The position numbers and the translations under genes are program-made. A DNA stretch of 64,000 nt from Thermoplasmata archaeon (GTDB lineage Archaea > Thermoplasmatota > Thermoplasmata > Lutacidiplasmatales > UBA184): NCBI GenBank assembly GCA_035501555.1, contig DATJWA010000013.1, positions 60,276-124,275 of the forward strand, in the 5' to 3' direction. Under the pieces are notes generated by a model, which saw only the letters and a program-made list of their open reading frames with translations, ran no database searches and was not told where the DNA came from. This document shows, one piece after another, positions 9,237 through 19,980 of the stretch (its first letter is position 1; the number at the start of each line of letters is the position of its first letter).

Positions 9237-10930
9237 TCTCCGCGCCGGTTCGAGCCAGCTCGCACACCTCGGAACGACGACCTCGACGCCCCTTCGTCAC
9301 ATACTCTCGCAGGGGAGCCCATCAGGCTCATACGTCTCAGCGAGGCTGGGGGACCGATTCTGTGTCTCAACCCGGCCCGGCTCCGCAGCCGCCCGAAGCG
9401 GAGCGGTCCGAGCCGCCGCCTCCTCCTCGGCCGAATCGCGGATACCGGGAGTGGCCGGGCCGGCTGTGGGCCTCGCTCCGCGCGGCCAGCCAGGGGGGCT
9501 GGACCAGCGCCTCTCGCGACCTCGCGCACTGGGCGGCCGTCGCGGTGCCGATCGGTATCGTCGCCGGCCTCGGCGCGGCGTTGTTCTTCTTCCTCTGGAA
9601 GGAGTCGACGCAGTTCTTCCTCGTCTACGTCGTCGGCCTCGGCTACCCGTACCCCGGCGCCTCGGGTACGCAGGTCGTGGTCTGGTCGAGCTCCTTCCCT
9701 CGTATCCTCCTGCTCCCAGTGGTCATGACCCTGGGGGGGCTGGGGGCCGGCCTTATCGCCCAGTTCCTCGCCCCCGAGGTGGCAGGGCACGGGACGGACG
9801 AGACGATCAGTGCCTTCCACAACCGCCAAGGCCGGATCCGCACCCGGGTCCCGTACCTGAAGATCTTCGCCGCCGCGCTCTCCCTCGGCTCGGGAGGGAG
9901 CGGCGGACGGGAAGGCCCCACCTCTCAGATCGGGGCCGGCTTCGGGTCGTGGTGGGCCGGCCTCCTGCACCTCAGCGACCGGGACCGCCGGATCGCGCTG
10001 GCCTCCGGCCTCGGCGCGGGAGTGGGGGCGATCTTCCGGGCTCCGCTCGGCGGTGCCATTTTCTCCGCGGAGATCATGTACACCGGCGACCTCGAGCCCG
10101 CGGTCTTCGTCCCGTCGATCATCGCCTCGGTCGTCAGCTACTCCGTCTACGGGACCTTCTACGGGTTCGGCACGCTGTTCGGCACCCCGTCTGACCTCGA
10201 CTGGGTGCCGCTCCAGCTGCCGCTGTACGTCCTCCTCGCGCTGGTCTGCGCCGGGGCCGGGATACTGTTCGTGCGACTCTTCTGGGGAACCCACACTTGG
10301 TTCTCCGCGCTGAGGTGGCCGCTCTCGTTGCGGGTCGCGACGGGGGCCGGCCTCTCGGGCTTGGCGGTCCTGGTCATCTACTTCCTCGTCCCGTGGCAGG
10401 GGAACTTCGCCGCGCTCTCGGCCATCAACGTCGGCTACGGGTTCGTCCAGGCGGCGATGCTGGGCCAGGTCGGCCTGACCACACTCGTCCCGCTGGCGCT
10501 CGCCGCGCTGGCGGTCGCGATCGTGCTCCGGATGATCACGACCTCCCTCACCGTGGGCAGCGGAGGGGCCGCCGGGCTGTTCGGGACCTCCGTCGTCATC
10601 GGCGCTCTCATCGGCACGAGCATCGGGGGGTTGTTCCACGCCGTCCTCCCGAACCTGGTCGACGTCGGGGCCATCTCCGCCTTCGCCATCGTCGGGATGA
10701 TGACGTTCTTCGGGGGGATCTCCAAGGCGCCGTTGGCCGTGCTCGTGATGGCGGTGGAGATGACCGGCAGCTACCAGATCCTGGCCCCGGCCATGATCTC
10801 GATCTTCATCGCCTACGTCGTGACCGGGAAGAACAATCTATACCGCTCCCAGGTGGCCACGCGACTCGACAGCCCGGCCCACCGGGACGAATTCACCCAG
10901 TACCTGCTGGAGAATCCCCCCGATGTATGA
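9185..10930 (+). CDS. CLC-type chloride channel / H+-Cl- antiporter
   Basis: GSGGSGGREGP and GxFxAP selectivity motifs, 10+ TM helices, no C-terminal CBS pair. The first ATG overlaps the upstream gene by 52 nt, so the true start may be a downstream non-ATG codon. Confidence 0.75.
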   Translation: MASGPRFPSHRVRPSGVISAPVRASSHTSERRPRRPFVTYSRRGAHQAHTSQRGWGTDSVSQPGPAPQPPEAERSEPPPPPRPNRGYREWPGRLWASLRAASQGGWTSASRDLAHWAAVAVPIGIVAGLGAALFFFLWKESTQFFLVYVVGLGYPYPGASGTQVVVWSSSFPRILLLPVVMTLGGLGAGLIAQFLAPEVAGHGTDETISAFHNRQGRIRTRVPYLKIFAAALSLGSGGSGGREGPTSQIGAGFGSWWAGLLHLSDRDRRIALASGLGAGVGAIFRAPLGGAIFSAEIMYTGDLEPAVFVPSIIASVVSYSVYGTFYGFGTLFGTPSDLDWVPLQLPLYVLLALVCAGAGILFVRLFWGTHTWFSALRWPLSLRVATGAGLSGLAVLVIYFLVPWQGNFAALSAINVGYGFVQAAMLGQVGLTTLVPLALAALAVAIVLRMITTSLTVGSGGAAGLFGTSVVIGALIGTSIGGLFHAVLPNLVDVGAISAFAIVGMMTFFGGISKAPLAVLVMAVEMTGSYQILAPAMISIFIAYVVTGKNNLYRSQVATRLDSPAHRDEFTQYLLENPPDV

Positions 10931-11047
10931 GCGGGAGGTCGACCGAGGGGCGGCGGCCGCGCTTCGAAGGACCCGGCCCGAAGGCGCGTCGGCGGCCCGG
11001 GGCGAGACGAGCCGTGGGCTGGCCGGAAATCGGGACGAGGGACCGGG

Positions 11048-11893
11048 ATGACGGACCAGGTCACGGCGGCACGGGCGGGCACCGTGAGTCTCGGGGACCG
11101 CAAGGTCCATCGCCTCGGGCTGGGGACGAACCGTCTCACCGACACGGCCCCGGCCCGAGCGCTCCTCCGACGGGCGGTCGAGCTCGAGGTCGACTTCTTC
11201 GACACCGCGGACATCTACCAGTCGACCCGGAGCGAGACCACCCTCGGGGCCACCTTGGGCACGGCTCACGCGCGCGTGGTGATCGCGACCAAAGGGGGAA
11301 TGATACGGGCTCCGGACGGGCTGGGCGTCAACGGCCACCCCGAACATCTTCAGAAGGCGGTCCGGTCCAGCCTGGAGCGGCTAAAGGTCGACTGCATCGA
11401 CCTCTACCAGCTGCACCGCGTCGACCCCGAGGTGCCGATCGAGGCCAGCGTCGAAGCGCTCCGGGAGATGCAGGAGGCGGGGCTGGTCCGCCGGATCGGC
11501 CTGTCCAACGTTTCCGTGGACGAGCTCGTCCGAGCCCGTCGGATCGCGGCGATCGTGTCGGTGCAGAATCGGTACAACCTGCTCGAGCGGCAGGAGGAGG
11601 CCGTCCTCAACTTCTGCGAGGAGCACTCGATCGTGTTCATCCCATGGACCCCCGTACGACGGGGGGACCTCGGCCAGTCCACGACCCTGGTCGAGGTCGC
11701 CCGCCGGTACGGGGTCTCTCCGCAGCAGGTCGCGTTGTCGTGGCTCCTGCGGCGCTCGCCGCTGATGCTTCCGATCCCGGGGACGCTGTCCCCGCTCCAC
11801 CTCGAGGAGAACCTGGCCGCGGCCGCCCTGGAGCTGCACGACGAGGACTTCCGCAGGCTACGCGATTCCTCGTTCCCGTCGGGACCCTCGTGA
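11048..11893 (+). CDS. Aldo/keto reductase
   Basis: FFDTADIYQ, IATKGG, LYQLHRVD and GLSNV motifs of the AKR family. Confidence 0.8.
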   Translation: MTDQVTAARAGTVSLGDRKVHRLGLGTNRLTDTAPARALLRRAVELEVDFFDTADIYQSTRSETTLGATLGTAHARVVIATKGGMIRAPDGLGVNGHPEHLQKAVRSSLERLKVDCIDLYQLHRVDPEVPIEASVEALREMQEAGLVRRIGLSNVSVDELVRARRIAAIVSVQNRYNLLERQEEAVLNFCEEHSIVFIPWTPVRRGDLGQSTTLVEVARRYGVSPQQVALSWLLRRSPLMLPIPGTLSPLHLEENLAAAALELHDEDFRRLRDSSFPSGPS

Positions 11894-11992
11894 ACCATCC
11901 CGGAGCCACCCTCCCCGGATTCGATCGGGAAGGGTCCGGGGACATCGCGTCGGGATCACTCGATCGGACCGAAACGAGGATGCGGAGCGCGA

Positions 11993-12065
11993 AGCCAAGG
12001 GAGGGAATCGAACCCCCAGGAAGCGGCTCTGCAGGCCGCCGCATTAACCATTCTGCCACCTTGGC
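11993..12065 (-). tRNA. tRNA-Cys (GCA)
   Basis: Folded by hand: acceptor GCCAAGG/CCTTGGC, anticodon stem GCGGC/GCCGC, loop CTGCAGA, T-loop TTCGATT. 73 nt, no intron. Confidence 0.8.
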
Positions 12066-12121
12066 GCGGGGGAGGCGAGGTGTCCTCGGATTAAAGCCCT
12101 CGGGAGTGGGGGGTGGGATAC

Positions 12122-12802
12122 CTAGACCGAGCGGAAACCTCGAGCAAGGAACTTGCCGCCGTTTGCTAGCGCCAGGCGCGCCCGGCCGGGCCAGCCAAGT
12201 GACAAACCGGCCGCGACCGTGCGACGGCGTCGGATCGCCTCCAGGAGATCGTCCGCGCTGGTCGAGCCATCCGGAAAACCGGTGAAGGCCCGTCCAAGGT
12301 CGGTCAGCGCATGGACATCGCTCCCTCCCGTGACCGCCAGGTTCCGGCGGGCCGCCACCAGCTCCGCCCGCAGGTTCGAGAGCTCGGAGTTGTGCCCGTT
12401 CCGCGCCTCGATCCCGTCCGCCGGGACCGACTCGGCGAGCCGGCGGCCCACCCCGTGGCGAAGGCGGAACGGATGCGCCAGCACCGACTCGCCTCCGTGG
12501 GCGCGGACCCACTCGACGGTCTCCGCGATCGGTCGATGGGCGGGAGGGCACTCGGCGACCCCGAAGGCGAGCAGGTGGCCCTCGACCGTGGAGACCTCCA
12601 CCCCGGGAAGAAACAGGTAGCCGGGGTAGGCCCGCCCGAGCGCGAGGAGCTCCGCGTGGCCGCCGACCGAGTTGTGGTCGGTGAGCGCGAACCCGCGCAG
12701 GCCGGTTTCGGCCAGACGCTGGACCAGCGCGGCCACCGTCAGGTCGGAGTCCGGCGAGTGCCGCGAGTGCACGTGAAGGTCCAGGCGGATGTCGGTGCTC
12801 AA
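12122..12802 (-). CDS. PHP-domain metal-dependent phosphoesterase
   Basis: LHVHSRHSPDS and ALTDHN motifs (PHP family). 4-nt overlap with metG. Confidence 0.7.
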   Translation of the reverse strand: MSTDIRLDLHVHSRHSPDSDLTVAALVQRLAETGLRGFALTDHNSVGGHAELLALGRAYPGYLFLPGVEVSTVEGHLLAFGVAECPPAHRPIAETVEWVRAHGGESVLAHPFRLRHGVGRRLAESVPADGIEARNGHNSELSNLRAELVAARRNLAVTGGSDVHALTDLGRAFTGFPDGSTSADDLLEAIRRRRTVAAGLSLGWPGRARLALANGGKFLARGFRSV

Positions 12803-15117
12803 CGGACCTTCGCCCCCGGTGGGACTGGTTCAGCGGGCTGGATCGGAGCCCCTCCTTCGAACGCGAGGACCACGGCCTCGCCGGCGCCGGAGGGGCCCAC
12901 GACCACGACGACCGGCGCGCCCGGTGGCCACTCTCCCCGAACCTCGAGCTCCGCCGGGCCGAGGCTCACCCGGCTCCGCCCGCTCCCGGGAGCGGCCCCG
13001 ACGACGCCCACCTGGATCCGGTAGGCGGCAAACTCGTCGTAGGAGATCGTCCGGTCCGCCGGGCTCCTCCCCGGGAGGAACGTCCCGACGGGGGTCCCTG
13101 CCGGAGGGGCGAGGAGAACGGGCCGGCCGCCTTCCGCCTCGGCCGCCAGGACCATCCCGTGGGAGGTCACCCCACGAATCGTTCTCGGCGCGAGGTTCGA
13201 GAGGATGACGACCGGTCGGTCGCGCAAGCTCTCGAGCGGGTAGGCCCCGCGGATCCCCGCCACGAGGGACCGCGGCTTCGACTCGCCGACATCGACCTCG
13301 AGGACCAGCAGCCGGTCGGCCGACGGATGCTCGGACGCTTGCCGAATGACCCCCGCGCGGAGGGCCAGCGGAGGCCCCGAGGGGCCGGGGGACTCGGAGG
13401 TGCCGCCCGCGGCCACCCCGGCCGTCTCCGACTCAGCCTTCGGGAACAGCGGCCGGATCTCGCCGAGCGCCTGCTCCGGAGGAACGGGCTCGAGGATGCG
13501 TTCCCAGTCGCCGGCGGAGGGGGGGTCGGCGTAGCCGAGCATCCGGAAGACGGCGGCCGCGGAGGTGGGGAGCACCGGAGCGAGCCAGGTCGCGAGCGCT
13601 TTGATCCGCCAGACCGATTCGTAGAGGACCCGCGAACGCTCGGGCTCCTTCGCCTGCCAGGGGCGGGCCTCCTGGAACCGCCGGTTCGCTTCGCGAACCG
13701 CCTCCAGCGTCCGGTCGAGCCCCGCCTTGAGGTGGACCCGCTCGTACTCCTCCGTGATCTGCGCGTGGGTCGCGAGGAGCTCCTCGCCCGTCCCCGAGGC
13801 GGGGTCGGCCTGCCAACCCGCCGGCGGTACGGGGACCCGCCCTCCGTACCGATCCCGCACGAAGGCCAGCGTCCGCTGGACGAGGTTCCCGAACTGGTTT
13901 GCCAGGATCTCGTCGCGGACCTTCTCGAGCTCGTCCCAGTCGAGCTCGGTGTCGTGGTTCTCGGGCGCCAGGAGCGCGGCGTAGAAACGGATCACATCCG
14001 GCGGGTAGGCGGCGAGCAGCGACGGGTGGAAGGCATCCCGCGCCCCGGAGCCGGACTTCGAGAGCTTCCCACCCTGGATCAGCAGCCACTCGTTGGCCGG
14101 CACCTCGTCCGGTAGGTGAAGTCCCCCGACCCCGAGGAGCATCCCGGGCCAGAGGATCGTGTGGTGGAACTTGTTGTCCTTTCCCATGAAGTAGTAGTGC
14201 CGCGCGGGCTCGCGCTCGTCCCAGTAGCGTCGCCAAGCCTCGGGGCGACCGCTGCGGACGGCCCACTCCTTCGCCGCGGAGAGGTAGCCGATCAACGCCT
14301 CGAACCAGACGTACAGCCGTTTCGACTCGTACCCGTCCAGCGGCAGAGGGATGCCCCAGTCGAGGTCGCGGGTGATCGGGGTGGGGCGCAACCCCTCGGC
14401 CAGGAAGTTCTCGGCGACCTTGCGCGTGCCGGGGCGCCACTCGGGGTGGTTGGCGACGTACTCGGCGACCCGCGGCTGGAGACGGTCGAGTTCCAGGTAG
14501 AACTGCTCCGTCGGCCGGAACTCGGCGCGCGTTCCGCACAGCACGCACCTCGGCTCCCCGAGGTCCTTCGCATCCAACGGGCGTCCGCACCGGTCGCACT
14601 CGTCCCCGCGGGCGGTGGGAGAGCCGCAGTGCGGGCAGGTCCCGACGAGGTACCGGTCCGGCAGGAAACGGGCGTGTTTCGGGCAGTAGGCCCCCTCGGT
14701 GGTCCGGCGGTGGACGAACCCGTTCTCGAGGAGCGCGAGGAAGATCTCCTGCGAAGTACGTGCGTGCAGGACCGTGCGCGTCGTGGTGAACAGGTCGAAG
14801 GAGATCCCCAACGTCTCGAAGGCCTCCCGATTGATCCGGTGGTAGCGCTCGGTGAGCTCCTCGGGGCTCACCTTCTCCTTCTCGGCCGAGACGAGCGCGG
14901 GGGTCCCGTGCACGTCGGAGCCCGAGACCATCAGCACTTCGTCGCCCCGCAGCCGATGGAAGCGCGCGAAGATGTCGGCCGCCACGTACGTGCTCGCGAG
15001 CTGGCCCAGGTGGAACGGTCCGTTGGCGTACGGCCACGCGACGCCGATGAAGATCCGGCCCACGGGATCCCTCCCGGCCGACCGACGAGGGTGCGCCCTA
15101 AAGGGTTGCCGACCCAT
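12799..15117 (-). CDS. metG: Methionyl-tRNA synthetase with C-terminal EMAP/Trbp111-like tRNA-binding domain
   Basis: HLGQ (HIGH-type) motif, KMSKS-equivalent KLSKS, and CPxCG/CDRCG zinc knuckles. C-terminal AGIRGAY...GMVLAA tRNA-binding domain. Confidence 0.9.
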   Translation of the reverse strand: MGRQPFRAHPRRSAGRDPVGRIFIGVAWPYANGPFHLGQLASTYVAADIFARFHRLRGDEVLMVSGSDVHGTPALVSAEKEKVSPEELTERYHRINREAFETLGISFDLFTTTRTVLHARTSQEIFLALLENGFVHRRTTEGAYCPKHARFLPDRYLVGTCPHCGSPTARGDECDRCGRPLDAKDLGEPRCVLCGTRAEFRPTEQFYLELDRLQPRVAEYVANHPEWRPGTRKVAENFLAEGLRPTPITRDLDWGIPLPLDGYESKRLYVWFEALIGYLSAAKEWAVRSGRPEAWRRYWDEREPARHYYFMGKDNKFHHTILWPGMLLGVGGLHLPDEVPANEWLLIQGGKLSKSGSGARDAFHPSLLAAYPPDVIRFYAALLAPENHDTELDWDELEKVRDEILANQFGNLVQRTLAFVRDRYGGRVPVPPAGWQADPASGTGEELLATHAQITEEYERVHLKAGLDRTLEAVREANRRFQEARPWQAKEPERSRVLYESVWRIKALATWLAPVLPTSAAAVFRMLGYADPPSAGDWERILEPVPPEQALGEIRPLFPKAESETAGVAAGGTSESPGPSGPPLALRAGVIRQASEHPSADRLLVLEVDVGESKPRSLVAGIRGAYPLESLRDRPVVILSNLAPRTIRGVTSHGMVLAAEAEGGRPVLLAPPAGTPVGTFLPGRSPADRTISYDEFAAYRIQVGVVGAAPGSGRSRVSLGPAELEVRGEWPPGAPVVVVVGPSGAGEAVVLAFEGGAPIQPAEPVPPGAKVR

Positions 15118-15198
15118 GGTCCTCCGAACCGGGACCGTGCGTCACACCGCCGCACGCCGCACGATAAGGGTAAAACGGGGCCCCCTGTCCATCGGGGA

Positions 15199-16332
15199 GT
15201 GGTCGCCGACCGGACGCGACGCGTGGAGATCTCGGGGATCCGCCGGATGTTCGAAGCGGCCCCTCCGAACTCCATCAACCTCGGGCTCGGCGAACCCGAC
15301 TTCGACCCGCCCCGCGAGGTCATCGCGGCGCTCTGCCAGGCCGTCGAGAACGGCGGGAACCACTACGGGCCCACCGCCGGGATCCCCGCGTTGCGCGACC
15401 ATGTCGCGGCACGCTACGCGGACCGCGACCCGCAGACGTCGCGCCAGAACGTGATCATCACCGCGAGCGGCTCCGAGGGGTTGATGACGACGGCGCTGGC
15501 GCTCTACGACGCGGGGGACGAGGTCCTGGTCCCCAACCCGGGCTTCGTCCTCTACGCCCCGCACGCGCGCCTGGCCGGCGCCTTCCCCGTTCCCTACTCG
15601 CTCACGGAGGAGCGGAAGTTCCAGCCGGATTTCGACGAGCTCGAGCGTCTGGTTACGCGGAAGACCCGGGCGATCGTCGTCAACAGCCCCTCCAACCCGA
15701 CCGGCGGGATGTTCGCGGAACGGACGATCGACCGGATCGTATCCTTCGCCGAGGCCCACCGGCTCACGGTGATCTCGGACGAGGTGTACGACGAGATCGT
15801 CTACGAGGGAAAGTTCGCCTCCTTCTGGGGTAAGACGGACCGGGCGGTCATCGTCAACTCCTTCTCGAAGACGTTCGCGGTCACCGGCTGGAGGCTCGGG
15901 TTCCTGCTCGCCCCGGCCCCCCTGGCGGTCGAGCTGAACAAGATCCATTACCACATCATGGCCTGTCCCCCGACGCCCGCCCAGGTCGCGATCGTCGCGG
16001 GGTACGATGCCGGGAACGCGGCCACGCGCCGAATGGTGCGGGAGTTCAAGGCGCGGCGCGACCTGGTCATGCGCCTCCTGCCCTCGATCCGCGGGGTCTC
16101 CGTGGTCCGCCCCCAGGGCGCGTTCTACGCATTCCCGAAGGTCGACCTCGGGTTCTCCGCATCGCACATCGCCTCGGGCCTGCTCCAGCGGGGCGTGATC
16201 ACCACGCCGGGCGACGCGTTCGGGAGCCTCGGGGAGGGCCACCTGCGGATCTCGTTCGCGAACTCGCGCGAGAAGCTTCGCGACGGCCTCGAGATCTTCC
16301 GGGAGTATGCGGAGAAGGTGGGCGCCGGATGA
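15199..16332 (+). CDS. Class I/II PLP aminotransferase (aspartate/aromatic aminotransferase-like)
   Basis: ISGIRRM..., NLGLGEPDF, SNPTGG and SFSKTFAVTGWRLG (Lys-PLP) motifs. No in-frame ATG upstream of the conserved N-terminal helix, so a GTG at 15199 is proposed. A TATA-like ATAAGGGTAAAA lies about 30 nt upstream. Confidence 0.75.
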   Translation: MVADRTRRVEISGIRRMFEAAPPNSINLGLGEPDFDPPREVIAALCQAVENGGNHYGPTAGIPALRDHVAARYADRDPQTSRQNVIITASGSEGLMTTALALYDAGDEVLVPNPGFVLYAPHARLAGAFPVPYSLTEERKFQPDFDELERLVTRKTRAIVVNSPSNPTGGMFAERTIDRIVSFAEAHRLTVISDEVYDEIVYEGKFASFWGKTDRAVIVNSFSKTFAVTGWRLGFLLAPAPLAVELNKIHYHIMACPPTPAQVAIVAGYDAGNAATRRMVREFKARRDLVMRLLPSIRGVSVVRPQGAFYAFPKVDLGFSASHIASGLLQRGVITTPGDAFGSLGEGHLRISFANSREKLRDGLEIFREYAEKVGAG

Positions 16333-16447
16333 TGCTCACGCTGCTCGGCTCCGTGTTCCAGGCGGTCGGACGGGTTCGCGGCGGGGACGCGGGGGCGGAC
16401 CTCGCTCGCGTCGGGGCCGAGCTCCGCCGGCTCGAGCGGCCCGCCGC

Positions 16448-17599
16448 TCAGGCTCCGGCGACCTCGCGGTAGAGCGCGAGGTGCCGCTCGGCGGCGACCG
16501 ACCAATCCAGCCCTCGGACCCTCTCGGAGGCGTGCCGCACGCGGTCACGGGTCCCCTCCGGGTCCGCCCGCACGTCGGCCATCGCACCGGCCAAGGCGAC
16601 CGCGTCCCGGGAAGGGACGAGGCGCCCGGCCCGTCCTTGGTCCAGGACCTCCGGGACGCCCCCCACCGTCGTGGCGACGACCGGGGTGCCCGCGGCCATC
16701 GCCATCAGGAGGACGAGACCGAACGCCTCCCACTCGGAGGGGAGGACCAGCGCGGTGGCGTGGCGGATCACCGCGCGCACCGCCGGAGCCTCCTGCCAGC
16801 CCGGGAAGACGAGCAGCCGGGCGACGCCGAGCCGCTCGGCCCGCCGTTCGAGCTCGGCCCGCATTCCCCAGTCCGGGCCCAGGAAGACCACCGGTAGTCG
16901 CGCCGGGACCGGCAGACGGGCGAGGGCCTCGACCAGGGTCGGGAGGCCCTTGTTGGGCGCCAAGCGTCCGTGGTACACGAAAAACTCCGGCGGGAGGCCC
17001 AGCGGGAGCACATCCCCCTCGGGCCGCGCCCACTCCGACAGGTCGATCCCGGGCGGGATGACGTGGATCCGGTCGGCCGGGGCGAACTCACGGACCAGTT
17101 GGGCCTCGCGCTCGGTCTCCACGACGAGGGCGCGGGCGACGCGGTAGGCGGTGGCGCCGAAGCCGACGTCCTGGAGACGAAGCAGCGCCTTCTTCCACCC
17201 GGGCTCGCCGGGGTCGGCCGGGTGGTAGTGCGTGGAGACGATGAGGGGGATGTTCCGGCGGTCGCAGACGGCCGCGGCCTGGAGGACGTGGCCGTACCGG
17301 TGCGAGTGGGCGTGGATCACGTCCGCGCCGCTGCCCGAGAGCGCGTCCATGAGGCCGACCATCATCGGAAGGGTAAGTCCCGGTACCATCCGCTTGCGGA
17401 CGGGGAAGCGAAGGACCGGGATCCCGTCCACGAGCGGCCGGTAGTCGGAACGACGCTGCCAGCTCGACTCGTCGTACAGGTCGCTCGCGTAGACCGAGAC
17501 CGAGGCCCCGCTCGAGCGGAGGCGACGGGTCACCTCGAGAACGTTCATTTCGACGCCCCCCGGGGCATCGAACCGCAGCGCGACCTGGGCGACGTTCAT
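16448..17599 (-). CDS. GT4-family glycosyltransferase
   Basis: GT-B fold with the E-x7-E region (PSEWEAFGLVLLMAMAAGTPVVAT). Confidence 0.8.
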   Translation of the reverse strand: MNVAQVALRFDAPGGVEMNVLEVTRRLRSSGASVSVYASDLYDESSWQRRSDYRPLVDGIPVLRFPVRKRMVPGLTLPMMVGLMDALSGSGADVIHAHSHRYGHVLQAAAVCDRRNIPLIVSTHYHPADPGEPGWKKALLRLQDVGFGATAYRVARALVVETEREAQLVREFAPADRIHVIPPGIDLSEWARPEGDVLPLGLPPEFFVYHGRLAPNKGLPTLVEALARLPVPARLPVVFLGPDWGMRAELERRAERLGVARLLVFPGWQEAPAVRAVIRHATALVLPSEWEAFGLVLLMAMAAGTPVVATTVGGVPEVLDQGRAGRLVPSRDAVALAGAMADVRADPEGTRDRVRHASERVRGLDWSVAAERHLALYREVAGA

Positions 17600-18774
17600 C
17601 CGGGGCGAACCTCCCGGTAGACCTGCTCGAGCCCGTCGACCACGCGGTCCCAGGTGTACCGCGGCACGATCTGCTCGCGCCCGTACTCCCCGAATCGCTT
17701 GGCGAGCGGCTCATCCTCCCACAGTCGAGAGATCGCCTCGCCGAGCCCCGCGACGTCCCCGGGAGTGACCAGGAGACCCGCCCGTCCGTCCTCGACGAAC
17801 TCGGGGATGCCGCCCACCCGGGAGGCCACGACCGGGGTGCCTTGGGCCAGCGACTCGAGGAGGACCAGACCGAAGGCCTCGTAGTCGCTCGGAAGGACAG
17901 TGAGCCGGGCCCCTCGGTAGGCGTCGGCCAGTACCCCATCCTCCTCGATGTGCCCCAGCACGCGGAGCCGGGAGCCCAGTCCCAGTGCGGCAGCGCGCGC
18001 CTCGACCGCCGCCTGCATCCCCCCGTCCGTCCCGACCAGCACCAACGTCGCCTCCGGGTGTCGTCGGGCGAACGGGGCGTAGGCGTCGAGGAGCGGGAGA
18101 AGGCCCTTGTTGGAGGCGAGACGGCCCACGAACAGGACGTAGGGGCCCGGGATGGAATACCGGGAGCGGAAGCCTCCGGGGATCGGGGGCGCGGGCAGCG
18201 GAGAGTACCCTGGCGGGATGATCGCCACCGGAGGCAAGTCGAGGCCGAGCACCCGGAGCAGTCGCTCCTCCTCCCGGGTCTGTACGATCACCCGGGCGGC
18301 CGCCCGGACGATCGGGCGGGCGAGGACCCGGTCGTAGAACCCCCGGATCCGATGGCGCACCCACCCACCCTCGATCGACCAGATCGGGTGGAAGTGGGCG
18401 GTGAGCACGAACGGGGTCCCGCTTGCGCGGCTGTAACGGCGGGCGAGAGCGACCTGGTGGGTCCCGAAGGTGTGGACGTGGACGAGGTCCGGTCGGTCCC
18501 GGGCCAGAGCGGCCGGCAGCCCCCGGAGGAACGGGTAATGGAGCGGCCCCGGCAAGGAGGTCACCCGAAGGCGATGGACCCGGCCGAACGGGCGGCTCTC
18601 CTCGCGGGGGACCGACGGCGGCAGGCGCTCCCAGGGGAACTCCCGGTACAGCTCGCTCGTGTAGACCTCGACCGAGTGCCCCCGGGCCCCGAGGCGGGCC
18701 GAGATCTCGGCGACGTGACGCTCGACCCCGCCGGGGCCGGGAGGGAACCGGGTGGAGACCTGGGCGATCTTCAC
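17596..18774 (-). CDS. GT4-family glycosyltransferase
   Basis: PSDYEAFGLVLLESLAQGTPVVAS motif. 4-nt overlap with the downstream GT4 suggests an operon. Confidence 0.8.
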   Translation of the reverse strand: MKIAQVSTRFPPGPGGVERHVAEISARLGARGHSVEVYTSELYREFPWERLPPSVPREESRPFGRVHRLRVTSLPGPLHYPFLRGLPAALARDRPDLVHVHTFGTHQVALARRYSRASGTPFVLTAHFHPIWSIEGGWVRHRIRGFYDRVLARPIVRAAARVIVQTREEERLLRVLGLDLPPVAIIPPGYSPLPAPPIPGGFRSRYSIPGPYVLFVGRLASNKGLLPLLDAYAPFARRHPEATLVLVGTDGGMQAAVEARAAALGLGSRLRVLGHIEEDGVLADAYRGARLTVLPSDYEAFGLVLLESLAQGTPVVASRVGGIPEFVEDGRAGLLVTPGDVAGLGEAISRLWEDEPLAKRFGEYGREQIVPRYTWDRVVDGLEQVYREVRPG

Positions 18775-18822
18775 GGAACGACGGTAGCGCCGGGGCCGGT
18801 TGATAAGGGCGCCGGAGGACCG

Positions 18823-19908
18823 CTACGCGGCGGCGGGGGCGCGCACGGAGGCGAGCCGCTGGGCATACTTCTTGTACACCTCGGTCGCCCGGGCGACCGC
18901 CTCGATCTTCACGTACTCGTTCGCCTGGTGGGAGAGCTCCTCCTCCCCGGCACCGAAGATGACGACCCGGGGGTTTACCTGGGTGTAGTGGACGGCCTCC
19001 GAAGCGTGCACCAGGACCGTCGTCTCCGCCTGGGCGACCTCCCGCAGCAGCCGAACGTGGTCCGCGTTCGGGTCGATCTGGACCGCCGGCATCGTCAGGA
19101 TGCGGCGGAGCGTGAAGGGCGTCTTGATCCGGCGCAGGTGCTCCTCGACCTCGTGGTAGAGCTGGTCCGGGGTGTACGGCGGGGGAAACCGGATGTCGAC
19201 CTCGGAGACGCACTTGTTCGGCACCACGTTCAGCCGGGTCCCGCCGGTGAACGTCCCGATGTTGAGGGTCACCGAGCCGAGCTCCGGGTGCGCGATCCGG
19301 CCCTTGAACGACTCGAGGCCGCGGAGGATCCGCATCATCTTGCCGATCGCGTTCTCGCCGAGGTGGGGCATCGCGCCGTGGGCCGCCTTCCCGCGGGTCT
19401 CGATCGCGAGGTCGAGCACCCCCTTCTCGGAGGCAGCGACACGCAGTCCGGTCGGCTCGCCGACGATGACCGCCTTCGCCCGGCGGAGCGGGAGCGTCTT
19501 CGCCAGCGCCGCCGCCCCCTGCATGGTCGTCTCCTCGTCGGTCGTGAAGGCGAGCACCACGGGGATCTTGCGGGCGACCAGGTCCTGGGCGGCCTCCAGC
19601 ATCGCGACCACGGTGCCTTTCATGTCCGCGGCCCCACGACCGTACATCCGCCCGGAGGCGAGCTGGCTCTGCGAGAAACTCCAGTAGTCGCCGACCGGCG
19701 GGGTGTCGAGGTGGCCGGAGAGCACCACCCCGCCCTGGCCGTACTCGGCGAGGAGGCTCGGCGCCGCCGTGTCCCCGAAGAGCGTGTTCCGCATGTGGAT
19801 CTGGTCGGTGAACGACTGGACGTAGTCGAGGACCTCCTGCTTGTCGGCGAATGGGTCGCTCGGGATCTTGATCAGCTCCGCGAGCATGTCGACCATCTGA
19901 CGCTTCAT
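18823..19908 (-). CDS. M20-family metallopeptidase / deacylase (ArgE/DapE-like)
   Basis: SGHLDTPPVG, GRGAADMKG and a dimerisation-domain layout, 361 aa. Confidence 0.75.
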   Translation of the reverse strand: MKRQMVDMLAELIKIPSDPFADKQEVLDYVQSFTDQIHMRNTLFGDTAAPSLLAEYGQGGVVLSGHLDTPPVGDYWSFSQSQLASGRMYGRGAADMKGTVVAMLEAAQDLVARKIPVVLAFTTDEETTMQGAAALAKTLPLRRAKAVIVGEPTGLRVAASEKGVLDLAIETRGKAAHGAMPHLGENAIGKMMRILRGLESFKGRIAHPELGSVTLNIGTFTGGTRLNVVPNKCVSEVDIRFPPPYTPDQLYHEVEEHLRRIKTPFTLRRILTMPAVQIDPNADHVRLLREVAQAETTVLVHASEAVHYTQVNPRVVIFGAGEEELSHQANEYVKIEAVARATEVYKKYAQRLASVRAPAAA

Positions 19909-19980
19909 CGAGTGAACGACCTCTTCGCACGGCGGAAAACTCGCCGGTGTGGATGCACCGCCGGCAGGGCCCGGCGCATC